From: Antedon mediterranea
Taxonomy: Eukaryota > Animalia > Echinodermata
Length of the DNA: 64,000 nucleotides
Reading direction: 5' to 3'
Assembly: GCF_964355755.1 (NCBI RefSeq)
Contig: NC_092674.1
Coordinates: forward strand, 25,420,001 to 25,484,000
Shown here: piece by piece, positions 14,201 through 25,321 of the stretch
Layout of the letters: each line of letters begins with the position of its first letter
Position numbering within the stretch: the first letter of the stretch is position 1
Notes under the pieces: generated by a model
Seen by the model: only the letters and a program-made list of their open reading frames with translations
Databases searched by the model: none
Told to the model about the DNA's origin: nothing
Made by a program: the position numbers and the translations under genes

Positions 14201-15171
14201 AAAATAATTACAGTGGAAAGACATAGTCAACGGTATACATACCTGCGACGTCTTATAAAACAAAATATGCATTTTATTACAACTTCAGTTGTTTTATTTG
14301 TAAATTACAATATATCTGAATTTGTGGAATTTTACCTGTAGGCCTACTAGATGGTGTCATTTCTTCTGTAATTATTTCTCCGCCTTTAAAACAAAAAATT
14401 AATACGTTTTTTTGTAATTTTGAAAATATGCATTTTTTTCTACTTATTTGTAAATTACAATATCTCTGAATGTGTAGAATTTTACCTGTAGGCCTACTAG
14501 ATGGTGTAATTTCTTCTGTAATTATTTCTCCGCCTTTAAAAAATAAAGAAATACATTTTTTTGTAATTTTGTAAATATGCATTTTTTCTACTTATTTGTA
14601 AATTACAATATCTCTGAATGTGTGGAACTTTACCTGTAGGCCTACTAGATGGTGTAATTTCTTCTGTAATTATTTCTCCGCCTTTAAAAAATAAATAAAT
14701 ACATTTTTTTTGTAATTTTGTAAGTATGCATTTTTTCTACTTATTTGTAAATTACAATGTCTCTGAATGTGTGGAATTTTACCTGTAGGCTTACTAAATG
14801 GTGTAATTTTTTCTGTCATTCTTTCTCCGCCTATAAAAAAGGAAATAAAAAAAGAAAAGAAAATACAACACAACACAACAATGTAATTAAATGCGTTTAT
14901 GTAAAGAGATCTCGTACTATTGCACGCCATGTGACCCACAATCGTCCAATCAAATGACAGCCGGGAATTTATTTGGGTGTTATATAATAGATACTTACTG
15001 GAGGGAGTAGTTGTTTCCCCAACATTTTTTGTACAATTCTGTTTAGCCTCTAAAAAATGTGCCACTGAAATTACAAAATGCATTTTTCTATTACTACAAG
15101 AAAACCTTTATAGATACCATTATAATAACCATTATTTTCATTTTACCAATCATACTACTATATTCAGTATC

Positions 15172-15228
<57 letters not shown>

Positions 15229-16339
15229 AATGTACCTCGTAAAGATAATGTATTAAAGATAGTCCCTCAAATAACATGAACAATTAAGATTAAAAAAGGC
15301 TTTGAATAGGCCATTTCGCAGTTTTAATAAAGAGGAAAAATAAAAAACTTAAAAAAACAACTTTTTCAACAATTAAATTCAACCAAAAATCTACTGACTT
15401 CCAGTCAATTTGAATATTTAAACATTTACCAGCTCATGTCGGTTGGTTGGTCGGTCGGTAAACACTAACTTGAGCACGCGACTGCAGCCATGTATATGGA
15501 ATTGTTTGCTTTAAATTATTGATTTTTCAGGTAAATCTTTTTTTTTTCTATCCAATTTTTGGTCAAAGTGACTACTTCTAGAACCTTTACATCGATTGTT
15601 GACAAAGTTAATTTATTTTTAAATGATAACTAGGGTGACATTAGTTCAGACTGACTAACTTAAAAGGCAAGCAAAGCGTTTGCGAAACATAGTAGAGAAT
15701 ACTCTATTTGTACTTATTTATTTTCTGTTATTAGATCAAGAAAATAATTGTTTAGACACTTTTCTGAAAATTAAAGATAACATTTTTATAATTTAGTGAA
15801 AGATAGTGAAAATCTGTCAAGTTTGTGAATAATAATTCAAAATACAATGTTTATTTACTCTCAAAAGCAATGTGCAGGAAAAGAAAATAAAGGAAATAAG
15901 ATAGTAATGTTCTAAATCACATAAATGCAAACTTACATTTGGCGCCGAAAAAGAAGTTCCAGGTCAATCCGCCATTTTTCACTTTGGCCTTTATAATAAT
16001 TATAATTTGAAATATATAATTATTAGTTTAGAAAACTGGTCAGGGAGATAGGAAGATATCAAAATATTCAATTATATATTTTTAAGAAAATAAGCATATA
16101 ATACGTCGAAAATTAGACAGACTTACATAAGCAAATGTCAGTAATTGGCAAACTTAGAGTTTGGCAAGAAAAGTATAGACTAAGTCTTACGCAAGCAAAC
16201 GTCTAAGTGTGCGAACAACTAAAGTTTCCTACTGTAGACTAGGCTTAAGACTATGTGGCCTTACCGATATCTTTGCTTCCGTTAGCAAAATCAGACAACA
16301 GACTAAAACGACAGTACATTTTAAGATCTTCATTTTCAT
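2272..16339 (-). CDS. Secreted mosaic multi-lectin (~1490 aa predicted): signal - WNFFF - linkers - FTL1-3 - domain X - SUEL - domain X - FTL4-6
   Basis: Hand-built GT-AG exons, frame-consistent with no junction stops: 16339-16265 (MKMKILKCTVVLVCCLILLTEAKIS), 15988-15937 (AKVKNGGLTWNFFFGAK), 15064-14999, 48-nt micro-exons, six 3-exon F-type lectin domains, exons 9588-9115, 8326-8045 and 7011-6538, and a putative terminal exon 2282-2272 (KLG*). The sum is 4473 nt. The terminal exon choice is the least certain part. Confidence 0.75.
2524..3282 (-). CDS. F-type lectin domain 6 (most diverged)
   Basis: Exons 3282-3154 (129 nt), 2992-2900 (93 nt), 2736-2524 (213 nt). Motif spacing is H-X27-REDCCGNR. 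Confidence 0.88.
3411..3456 (-). pseudogene. Deleted remnant of a third domain X exon
   Basis: Matches 6538-6583 and then jumps to sequence matching 7022 onward: a 438-bp deletion that removes the splice acceptor. Confidence 0.85.
4056..4829 (-). CDS. F-type lectin domain 5
   Basis: Exons 4829-4698, 4536-4447, 4277-4056. Confidence 0.9.
5569..6338 (-). CDS. F-type lectin domain 4
   Basis: Exons 6338-6207, 6046-5957, 5790-5569. Confidence 0.9.
6538..7011 (-). CDS. Unnamed 'domain X' exon, copy 2
   Basis: 474-nt phase-1/1 exon, near-identical to 9115-9588. Confidence 0.8.
8045..8326 (-). CDS. SUEL / rhamnose-binding (Gal_lectin) domain exon
   Basis: 282-nt phase-1/1 exon with CEG..ISC..YGR..C..CEGKQQC..FGDPC.GT.KY..V.Y.C, carrying the SUEL YGR/DPC/KY signature. 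Confidence 0.92.
9115..9588 (-). CDS. Unnamed ~157-aa extracellular 'domain X' exon, copy 1
   Basis: 474-nt phase-1/1 exon (acag|CT...GGG G|gtgag): DYCSAGWQ...FSCSGQVTSWSY...GDMIGW...REYSIKAQV. Confidence 0.8.
10198..10969 (-). CDS. F-type lectin domain 3
   Basis: Exons 10969-10838, 10675-10586, 10419-10198. Confidence 0.9.
11719..12484 (-). CDS. F-type lectin domain 2
   Basis: Exons 12484-12353, 12196-12107, 11940-11719, near-identical to domain 1. Confidence 0.9.
13386..14157 (-). CDS. F-type lectin (fucolectin/FTP) domain 1
   Basis: Exons 14157-14026, 13863-13774, 13607-13386. Motifs AKQSS..AIDG..CTHT / PWWYVDLG..IYNREDCCG / NRL..GQYV..LTLCEVEL, with the canonical fucose motif H-X26-R-X-D-X4-R. 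Confidence 0.9.
14336..14830 (-). repeat. ~149-bp tandem repeat, each unit carrying a 48-nt micro-exon (GGEIITEEITPSSRPT)
   Basis: ag|GC...ACA G|gtaaa at 14830-14783, 14681-14634, 14533-14486 and 14383-14336. Further copies at 12860-12813, 12710-12663, 11196-11149 and 5055-5008. Confidence 0.8.
15174..15224. repeat. (AT)n microsatellite
   Basis: About 25 AT units. Confidence 0.95.
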
Positions 16340-17546
16340 TAGTAGTTTTCAGTACATCTTCAAACGAATGAATTTGATGGAATGTGAATGTACAACCGAT
16401 CCTGTTTTGTTATATATACTGTACCAGTAACTTTCTAACAGATGTGGAGTATTATTTTACGTTATATTATTTTCATTTTATTACTGTTTATATGGCAAAA
16501 TAATCAAAATTAGATTTCTTATTATATTGCAAACCAATGTAATGTCTGTATTTTGTATTTGTTTTTAGTTTTATTATTTAATTTATTTTTATAATGCCTA
16601 AATTAAATGCACGTGTACCGTTCCAATAATTGTAAAGTTTTTTTTAATGAATTTACAGTACATATTTTGTACATAAGTGCTATAAAAAAAACAAATAAAT
16701 ATGAAAAATATATATAAATATAAATATTAGTATTGATACAGATGGTTCTAGACAATAAAACTCAAGAATTAATTCTTATTTTACGATTTTTTTTATTAGT
16801 TTATATTGCGTTATAGAGCGCATAGTATAAACATTATTTAATAATAATTTTGTGTTGATTTGATGTGGAAAATATGATAATTATGTATTATAAAATATTT
16901 TATAGGGCCTATGTATATATAAATTCACAACGAAAAAAAAAACAGTATGGTTCTTTGTGTTTAAAATAAAATTAAAAACTTCAAACGTATGAGAGTAAAT
17001 GCCGCTAGACAATTCCATAAGTTATTATTAAGTTATATTTATTATTATTATTTTAATAAAGATTTGCTTAAATCTATTACTAGTACATTCGCATTTTATT
17101 TATATATGATATTAAAATGCGATAATTGTTAAAATTTCTAGTGTTGAAATCCAAAGTTTAAAATTTTCAATTGTTATGATAAACAAACAAGCAAAGCAAA
17201 CATCAAAATACAGAAAATGTTATATTATTAAATTCAATTAATTTAATTATTAATAAGTATTAAATGTGTACTCGTGTGGGTCGACTAGTACATTTGAATT
17301 GTATTTATGTAGGTTTACTGTTTATTATGATTATTTGTTTAATGTTGTCATATTGGTGAGCCGAAGACCCGACATCACAAAGTTACGTAACCCAGCCGTG
17401 ACCATCTTAAACTCTTCGTGTAGATTATTGATAGGTCAGAGTTGGTTCGCTTCCTTGATCTGTAAACTCTGTATGTTCGAATAGATATGTCAGTATTCGA
17501 TATTGGGGAAAAACCGATGTAGAAACAGGCGAGTCATTCGTAACAT

Positions 17547-17773
17547 AAAGCGTGGTTTCCACTAGAACGCAACGAACGTAACGCAGTGACATGACGTATC
17601 GACGCAAAGTGTTGTATTGCGTAATCAAACGTGGGAACCGACGCCGATGCAACAGTGCTGCAAACATCACAGGTTTGATTTCACACAGACGGGGGAAAAC
17701 ACAATTATTGGAAGGGAATTTTCTTACGTTGCGTAGGTTACGTTACGTTACGTCGCTAGTGGAAACCAATCTT
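17547..17773. mobile_element. MITE (partial related copy at ~18845-19010)
   Basis: TIRs aaagcgtggtttccactag / ctagtggaaaccaatcttt, with internal acgta-type repeats. Confidence 0.7.
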
Positions 17774-17779
17774 TCCACC

Positions 17780-18608
17780 AATAAACCAATAACATTGTCT
17801 GGGCCAACACTTACCCTTCAAACATCATTAAACTCTCTATCCTACAAAAAAAAGCTATCAGGACTATATCTGGCGCTCATCCACTGTCACATTCCTCCCA
17901 CTTATTCTCCAAACTCAATCTTCTCAAACTCTCGGACATTAACCTATCCCAGCAAGGTGTCTTTGTTTTTTGGCCACTCACTCACTTCTCCCTTGCCATC
18001 TAAACGGCCTTTTCGCTCCTAATAATACCGTTCATAAATATTATACTAGAACAAGAAATAACATATATATCCCTAACCATAACACCAATTATTTTCAACA
18101 TAGCATTAGATATTCTGGACCTCTATTGTTTAACAATTTACCCCCCTCAATTTCCTGTGCTGCCAACCGCTATTCATTTAATAATAACATAAAAAATTAC
18201 CTTTTGTCTCATTACTGATCGATATGATTGATATGGTCGTTTTTTCCATGTTCCGTGACTTGCTATCTTTATTATTCAATTGTCATCATATTCGCTATAT
18301 GCCATGCAGCTGTACTTTTTTCTGTTCTTTTTTTATTTTTTATTCCAACTTTTATCTACTGGTTTTATATATATTTTGTATTTCTTTATTGTCTAATTAA
18401 TTTATTTTCTTTATTTATATATTTTTTTTTTTTTTTTTTCTTCTCTTATTTAAATATTTTGTAAAGGCAATCCCGTCACAAGATTGTAATCTTTTTGGGA
18501 TTTGCCTTCGTCCATTTTCTTGTTTTATCACTTGCCATTTTGTTTTTGTTACTTTTGTCTTTTGGACGTGAATAAATGTTCCTTGAATTGAATTGAATTG
18601 AATTGAAT
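17780..18608 (+). mobile_element. L2/Crack-like LINE 3' fragment
   Basis: Frameshifted IVWANTYPSNI.KL.ILQKKAIR.I...HKYYTRT...SIRYSGPLLFNNLP, then a T-rich 3' UTR, AATAAA and a (GAATT)n tail. Confidence 0.8.
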
Positions 18609-19012
18609 CTTTAGAAAATAATTCGAATGGTTTTTTTTTTATCTTTTGTGGTATTCCCACCATCTTTATAATTCTCAAAATAGCCCTATATCAGGGGGAT
18701 TACCTTCATCTGATAGGACAGTAAATTCATTTACTATTGGTAATCCTTGGCCACCTAGCCTAAAGACATTAAATAAAATAAAATAAACAATAACTGGAAG
18801 TGGCTTACGAAATGTGAAAAATGACGGTAATTTTTTTAAGCTTTAAGCGTGGTTCCCATGCCCACTAGAGCGCAACGTAACGTAACGACGGCGTGGCGTA
18901 ACAGTGCTGCAAACATCGCTACGGGAAATCAAATCAGTTTGATTTCACGCAACAACGCAATTCAAAAGAAACTGCGAAAACATAGTACTGCACGTGCGTG
19001 CCTACCGCAGTG

Positions 19013-19536
19013 TTCTTATTCTTATTCTTATTCTTTTATTGCCAAATATAAAATACATGAAAAACACGACATACAAAAAAATAACAAACAATAGAACCAA
19101 CTGACCAACTGAGTGAGCTGGCATGGGACACAAAAGCGAACCTAATCACTATGACTTAAAGCCTGTGTTCCCCACTCACCCAGTTTCACAAGCAATGATT
19201 ATACCATCTTAAAATATAATATATCAAAATTCCAAAGCTAAGTTTAGATCATAAAATAAAATATATATATAAAAAGCATTTTAAATTATATACATAGGCC
19301 TAATTATTATCGGAGAACAAATTTATTTTAAGTTTAGCAAGGAATGTAGGGAAATAATCCAATAGCAGGGAATCTTTCACTTCATCATGGATGTCTTCCC
19401 ACAGTCGCGGGAAGACATGGATAACTGAGCGATGCAAACAGTTGGTCCGTGTATACAAATGCTTGAAACTTAAGGTTTCTTGACGTCGAGTATTGATTTT
19501 TATGTCCTGTAGGCGAGTCTGTTGTATCCCGGACAT
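19013..19536 (-). mobile_element. LINE 3' end fragment
   Basis: ORF end NTRRQ..TRTN..RSV...PRLWE resembles a CR1/L2-group C-terminus. AATAAA and an (AATAAG)n tail lie at 19013-19040. Confidence 0.65.
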
Positions 19537-19539
19537 CTA

Positions 19540-21149
19540 CTCAACCTATGTCAATCTGCGACTATGAAGAGGCCGACTCCAGGATGTGCATTCACATTGA
19601 TGATGCCTTAAAGAAAGGTAGCAGGGTTATTTTGGTGCGTACAGTTGATACTGATGTCATTTTTATCCTGGTTGGTATTTTCTGCAATATAATAGCATGT
19701 TATCCTGGTACGTGTATCTGGGTCGCATTTTTAAATATAAATACCATCTGCCATAACCTAGGAGAGGATAAGTCAAGAGGGCTGCCAGTTTTTCATGCAT
19801 TTACTGGGTCCGATACTACATCCCAGTTCTTCGGAAAAGCAAAACACTCTGCATGGGAGACGTGGAACTCATTTCCAGCAGTCACAGAAGCCTTTCTTTT
19901 CATGGCACATCACCCTTTCAAATCTCTAGGAGTCAACTCATCTCAATTCCAGTTGCTAGAGGAGTTTACATGTCATCTATACGACAAGACAAGTACTTTA
20001 AGAAGTGTTACTAAGCTAAGACAAGATCTTTTTTCAAGAAAGGCACGGACAATGGACATTCCTCCTACACAGGTAAGGGGAGCTTCCATATAATTGTCAA
20101 TTGTGGTTTAATAATTTATTATCAGGTTCATTTTTTTCTTTCATTAAAAGGTAACACCAATCTTTAAATTGTTTATTGTAGGATGCACTTTTAGAGCATT
20201 CCAACAGATCATCCATACCAAGCAAGCATTTGGACCACCAGTCTACAGCCACAGCAGAATGCTCCATCACCAGAAGACTTTGGTTGGACTAAAACTGGCA
20301 CTACATGGACACCAGTCTGGACCATATATACTACCTGAAGCATACAAGGCATGTGGGGAATTGCTGAAAAGTGTGGCTGCAAAAAGTTGCCTTTTTGCTC
20401 AGGGAACTGTAAGGGCCGTTCAGCAGGTCTTTCTTGCAGTGGTCTTTGTTACCCATGCCGTGGAACTTGTTTGTCATCGATCAACTCCGTACCATTATAA
20501 GTGTTTGTTTCCAGATAAATAATTTCATAAAAGTAAAGTTGATAATCACCTCCATGTATTGTTATGGATGCTAACGCCATAATTGTCAGTCAAATGGTCT
20601 TTTGTCTGTTTACTTACTCCAGTGATTATTGAGCCAAGTTTGATACAGTATATGTTTTATATACTTTTTTTCAGTGGTTCCTAATATTATGTTAAAGGAA
20701 AGTAACTGGTACAGGATAAATATATATTAGTAGTTCTATTACAAAAATGAATGTTGTTGTTCTTATAACTACAATGTTCATAACATAGCACAATATTGGC
20801 GCGTTTTGATTGAAATCCCCTTCAATATGACAGAAAATTACATTATTTGACCTATATATTCCGTTTGAAGAGAAATCATATATTTTGTATATGTGTATTG
20901 CAATGTACATGTCATGAGTTTTAATTTGATACCAAACTTGGTATGTATAGGCCTATACAGTACAAAGATTTAAGTTGTCACTTAATTACGTAATACTAAA
21001 AAAAGGGCGTGGTCTAAATGACGTCGTTAAATTGTTCCGATTTTTGGGCACCCCTTCTAGGATTGTTAGATATACCCTAAAGATAGTTTGTGCCAAATTT
21101 GGTGCTTTTGTCACAAAGTGCACTAAAAAAGTGATAAGTTACCCTGCTA
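19540..21149 (+). mobile_element. Academ-like (XPG-nuclease + Cys-rich) DNA transposon, 3' part, degenerate
   Basis: EEADSRM..H, RTVDTDV and HAFTGSDTTSQFFGK are XPG/FEN1-like motifs. An intron PPTQ|DA (gtaagg..tgtag) is followed by a frameshifted Cys-rich tail (CGELL..CGC..C). The element ends in ...CTA, the Academ-type terminus. Confidence 0.65.
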
Positions 21150-21745
21150 TTTTCGTCACGTCTTAAAATGTAAGTATAACACTCGTGTTTTTAGAGAAAC
21201 TGTATTTATTATGTCCTGTACTATATATTGATTCAGGGTTTCGTGAAGTTTACCAGAAGTAAAGTGATACTGGAATGTATACGGCATATCGGTTCTCACA
21301 TTGCTTGTTCAACTAGGAAACGCAGCGTATGTAATTTTCATTTTAAAAATAACAAAGATTTATGGAAAGCGGAAAGTGCAATAAATGATTAATTGTTTTC
21401 TTTCGTAGTTGTTGTTAATAGCCATTCAATTTGATATTGTTTTTGTTATATATACTTATAATATGTATTTATTCTGAATATTGTATAAATAAAAGTATAT
21501 GTAATTAATTGTTTCTTGAAATTTGTATTGTTTTATTGTTCAAAACACATCAATAACTAACTCGTGAAGCCATTTGAGTTTTAACCTCTCTTTTTATTTC
21601 GCCAACTATACGCTAAAGTGTGTAACACAAAGCAATAGCGTCATCATCTACCATGAATAATTGATATCATTTGTTAAAGAAAATGTATCCAGTGAGTAGG
21701 CCTTTGTAGCCTCAAAATCAAAAACGAGATACCAGTAGTACCTCA

Positions 21746-24700
21746 TTATCTTGTGCATACAACGCATGGTAACTCACGGTTGTTTACATACGGCGGACAT
21801 TTGAGTGTACCGCATACTCCGACGGCAGGATAAAGCAAAAAGCCGTTATGGTTTGTAGCGGAATTATCTCTAGATTGGGGAGAGCCATCGACGCAAAGGA
21901 ATTCATGTGCGGCTTTATGATCAGTTTTACCACCCATTAATAGACCTTCGTATTCCTTTGTCCAGCCTCCAGGACATGTTCGTTTAGCTGGGATCATCAT
22001 ACTTGTTGATCTGCCTGTTGCCAGACATACTGCGCAAGATGGATCATTTTGATATAGGTGACCCCACGGAGCATATATTTCTCCCCCACTTGGCGCTGTT
22101 TGATACTCGGCCCCAAATACTTTAGCCCGGGCAGATCCTGTCGAAAACAACTGGTCATTGTAATCTGGCGAGGATGGCAAACACAGTGGGTTTGTACCAG
22201 CTCCAGAATTTGTATAGTGTCCGCCGCCAAGATATCCTTTAAAAAAATCAAAATGTTGAATGTTGCGCGGTCTGTTGCTTTTATTATAATTTTATATAGG
22301 CATAAATGCAATCATTGTAAGCCTATATTTAAATTTTATTATCATACATGTAAATATAATATAAATAATGTAGTTAATTATAATTATATTTCAAGTATAA
22401 GAAAAGGTTCATCTGTATGAATATAATAAGTAGAGAAAGACATATTAATATATTATTTATAGACAGTATTCTACTGTGTTAATTTTTTTTGTTTGTTTCA
22501 TATTGTGATCAATTATCGGATAGGTAAATAAGCCTGAACACGACCAATATCATTTTACTTACCAATATATACGACTTTTGAAGACTTTGGGCAGTCCTTC
22601 CGACCCCAATGATTATACACAACATTGGAACTTGCCAAAGTGATGCCTGATGAAAATTCTGTAAAAAAAAATTTAAAAAAAACAAAACAAAAAACACGTA
22701 TACTATTATTTGAATTTGATCAATCCCACTCGATGAGGTGATACTGTAAGGACGGACGCGAAACACAAGTAAATTAATCAATCACAATCGACAAGAAGAA
22801 ATTCGATTATACGAACTATCGTTTGTGGTTGGTCAATTTGTGTGCTTACGCGTTTCGTCCTTTTTATTCGAATCCCCTTCGTCATGATTTGGCAGTCCGC
22901 TGCAGGACATATCTCTCTTCTAAAGCTCTCCATCTGCTTCTATGTTTTGCAACCAGTTGTATTGAGGTTTGCCTATTTTCCTTTTCCCTATCATTGGTTG
23001 CCAAATTATAATTCTTCTTGTCCATCTATCTTCCTGGATTTTTGCAACGTGGCCTTCAAATCATCACTTTGTATCAATTGCTTGAAGCAGGGCTCTTGTT
23101 TTTTTATCTTTCTCTTATTTCTTTGCATGGTATCTTGTACATTATTGCTATACCAAGCATTCTCCATTCCGTAGCATACGGGGTAGATCTTAACTAATCC
23201 TTGTTTTTTCTCGGTTAGTCTCCGCGTTGCTGTCATTTTCCGTGCGAGAATAATTTTCGAACATTTTCTTTCTGAGGCACATTATTATATATTATAACCT
23301 ATTATTTGAATAGTTGCAAGGATGTCTTTGAATCTGCCAAACGCTCGGCATCCTGTTATAATTCTGTCTGTAATGTCTTTGGATTTCTTTGATAGGCTGA
23401 TAGGTTTGCTATAAGTTGTTAACTGTTTAAATGTTTGGATTTGTGTCAGAGTTGGTCATAAATTTGGTTTTCCCTTATAATTTTAAACTCAATTTCTTGC
23501 CTTATTCATTTATCCTTTTTAATTGATCTTTGTCCCACGCTTGAAAGAGTATGAACCTAATTTCATTAGACTATAATTTTGAAGATAGTGAAACTATTAT
23601 TGTAGTCTATTAAGATATCTCAAATAAAAAGAAATAGTACTGCTCTTACTAAATTAATCATCAGAAGATAAGGTTAAGCCTACCTTTGCCGCCGAAAAAG
23701 AAATTCCAGATTACTCCACTCTTGTCCTCAGTGGCCTTTATAATAATTAATATAAAATATATAATATTTACTTTAGGCTGATGTTGACGTATTAAAGTGT
23801 AAAATGAAATAAATACTTTTAACACATATAATTTATTTATTGCGGTATATACAAATAATAAATAAATTACAAAGCAATAGCTACGAGCTAAGCATGTAAG
23901 TTGTAAGTGTATGAAGATCATGATGGACACATTTCAACAATGCAAAAATTCAAATGCACAAAAATGCGGCTTATATTGATTATAATGAACTATTTAATGT
24001 TGTATTATATTTGTTATTTTATTCTTAAAGAAAAACAGCAATGAACACCGCCACAGGTTGGATATACAACAAAACAAGGCCATATACATGGCTGCAGTCG
24101 CGTGTTCAAGTTAGTGTTTATGACCGACCGACCAACCGACCGACCGATATAGTGAGCTGTAGAGTCGCGTTGCACACGCGACTAAAAATAACTTAAACAG
24201 TCACATTTGTCACAACATCTATATAAATCAGCATGTCATTGTCGATTAAGTGGTAGCGGCAATACATTTTTAATCTGATATTCAAAATTAAGTAGACTAT
24301 ATAAATTTATTGAATAATTTAGGAAAGATGCTTGCTACTATAAACTATGCTTAATTTAGAGTTAACTTAAACTTAGAGTTTGCTAGAGATTCCGAACTAA
24401 AGTTTGCTAGTGTAGACACATTACACTCACGGTTTGTAAACCTCGAGAATTGACAAACTTAGAGTTTATTAGAGTTTCTGAACTAAAGTTTGCTACTGAG
24501 ACAAGTTTACACTCACAGTAGTTAAACCTCGGGAATTGGCAAACTGAAAGTTTGCTAGAGATTCTGAACTAAAGTTTGCTAGTGTAGACAAGTTTACACT
24601 CACAGTTTGTAAACCTCGGGAATTGGCAAACTTAGAGTTTGCTAGAGATTCCGAACTAAAGTTTGCTAGTGTAGACAATTTTGAACTCACAGTAGTAAAC

Positions 24701-25321
24701 CTCGGGAATTGGCAAACTTAGAGTTTTATACAGATTCCGAACTAACTATTGCTAGTGTAGACACATTTACACTCACGGTTTGTAAACCTCGAGAATTGAC
24801 AAACTTAGAGTTTATTGGAGTTTTTGAACTAAAGTTTGCTACTGAGACAAGTTTACACTCACAGTAGTAAACCTCGGGAATTGGCAAACTTAGAGTTTGC
24901 TAGAGATTTCGAACTAAAGTTTGCTAGTGTAGACACATTTACACTCACGGTTTGTAAATCTCGGGAACTGACAAACTTGGAGTTTGCTAGAGTTTCTGAA
25001 CTAAAGTTTGCTACTGAGACAAGTTTACACTCACAGTAGTAAACCTCGGGAATTGGCAAACTTAGAGTTTGCTAGAGTTTCCGAACTAAAGTTTGGTAGT
25101 GTAGACAAGTTTACACTTAGTAAACCTCGGGAATTGGCAAACTTAGAGATTTCTAGAGATTCCGAACTAAAGTTTGCTAGTGTAGACAAGTTTACACTGA
25201 ATAAACCTCGGGAATTGTCAAACAAACAAACAAAATGTTGCATTATTCTTACCGGTACCTTTGCTTCCGTCAGCAAAATCAGACAACAGACACAAATGAC
25301 GATACAATTGAAGATTTTCAT
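21746..25321 (-). CDS. Secreted short-chain-collagen-C4-like domain protein, paralog 2 (~235 aa, no collagen helix)
   Basis: Exons 25321-25253 (MKIFNCIVICVCCLILLTEAKVP), 23735-23684 (ATEDKSGVIWNFFFGGK), 22658-22563 (..YNHWGRKDCP..) and 22236-21746 (GYLGGG..LCLP..GAEY..CAVC..MMIPAKRTCPGGWTKEYEGLLM..CPPY..CVVCTR). Phases 0/1/1. Confidence 0.88.
22870..23550 (-). mobile_element. Degenerate RTE-like LINE RT fragment (intronic)
   Basis: Alternate frames give DITDRIITGCRAFGRFKDIL and GHVAKIQEDRWTRRIIIWQPMIGKRKIGKPQYNW. Confidence 0.75.
24074..24188. mobile_element. Short Helentron/HINE-like element
   Basis: agtcgcgt sub-terminal repeats, a (gacc)n microsatellite and an agtcgcgt..acgcgact hairpin. 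An inverted remnant lies at ~15430-15497. Confidence 0.5.
24368..25222. repeat. Minisatellite, ~72-78-bp unit, ~11 copies, in intron 1 of paralog 2
   Basis: Unit aaacttagagtttgctagagattccgaactaaagtttgctagtgtagacaagtttacactcacagtagtaaacctcgggaattggc. Confidence 0.92.

Noticed and set aside
22840-23150. Penelope GIY-YIG ('YKIPCKE') and a hammerhead near 22850-22885
   Set aside because: The surrounding frames match an RTE-type RT C-terminus, and the core reads ATGACGA rather than CTGANGA.
24368-25222. CRISPR-like appearance and ORFs in the minisatellites (also 63432-64000)
   Set aside because: Head-to-tail repeats with no unique spacers, no cas genes and a eukaryotic context. The ORFs are incidental.
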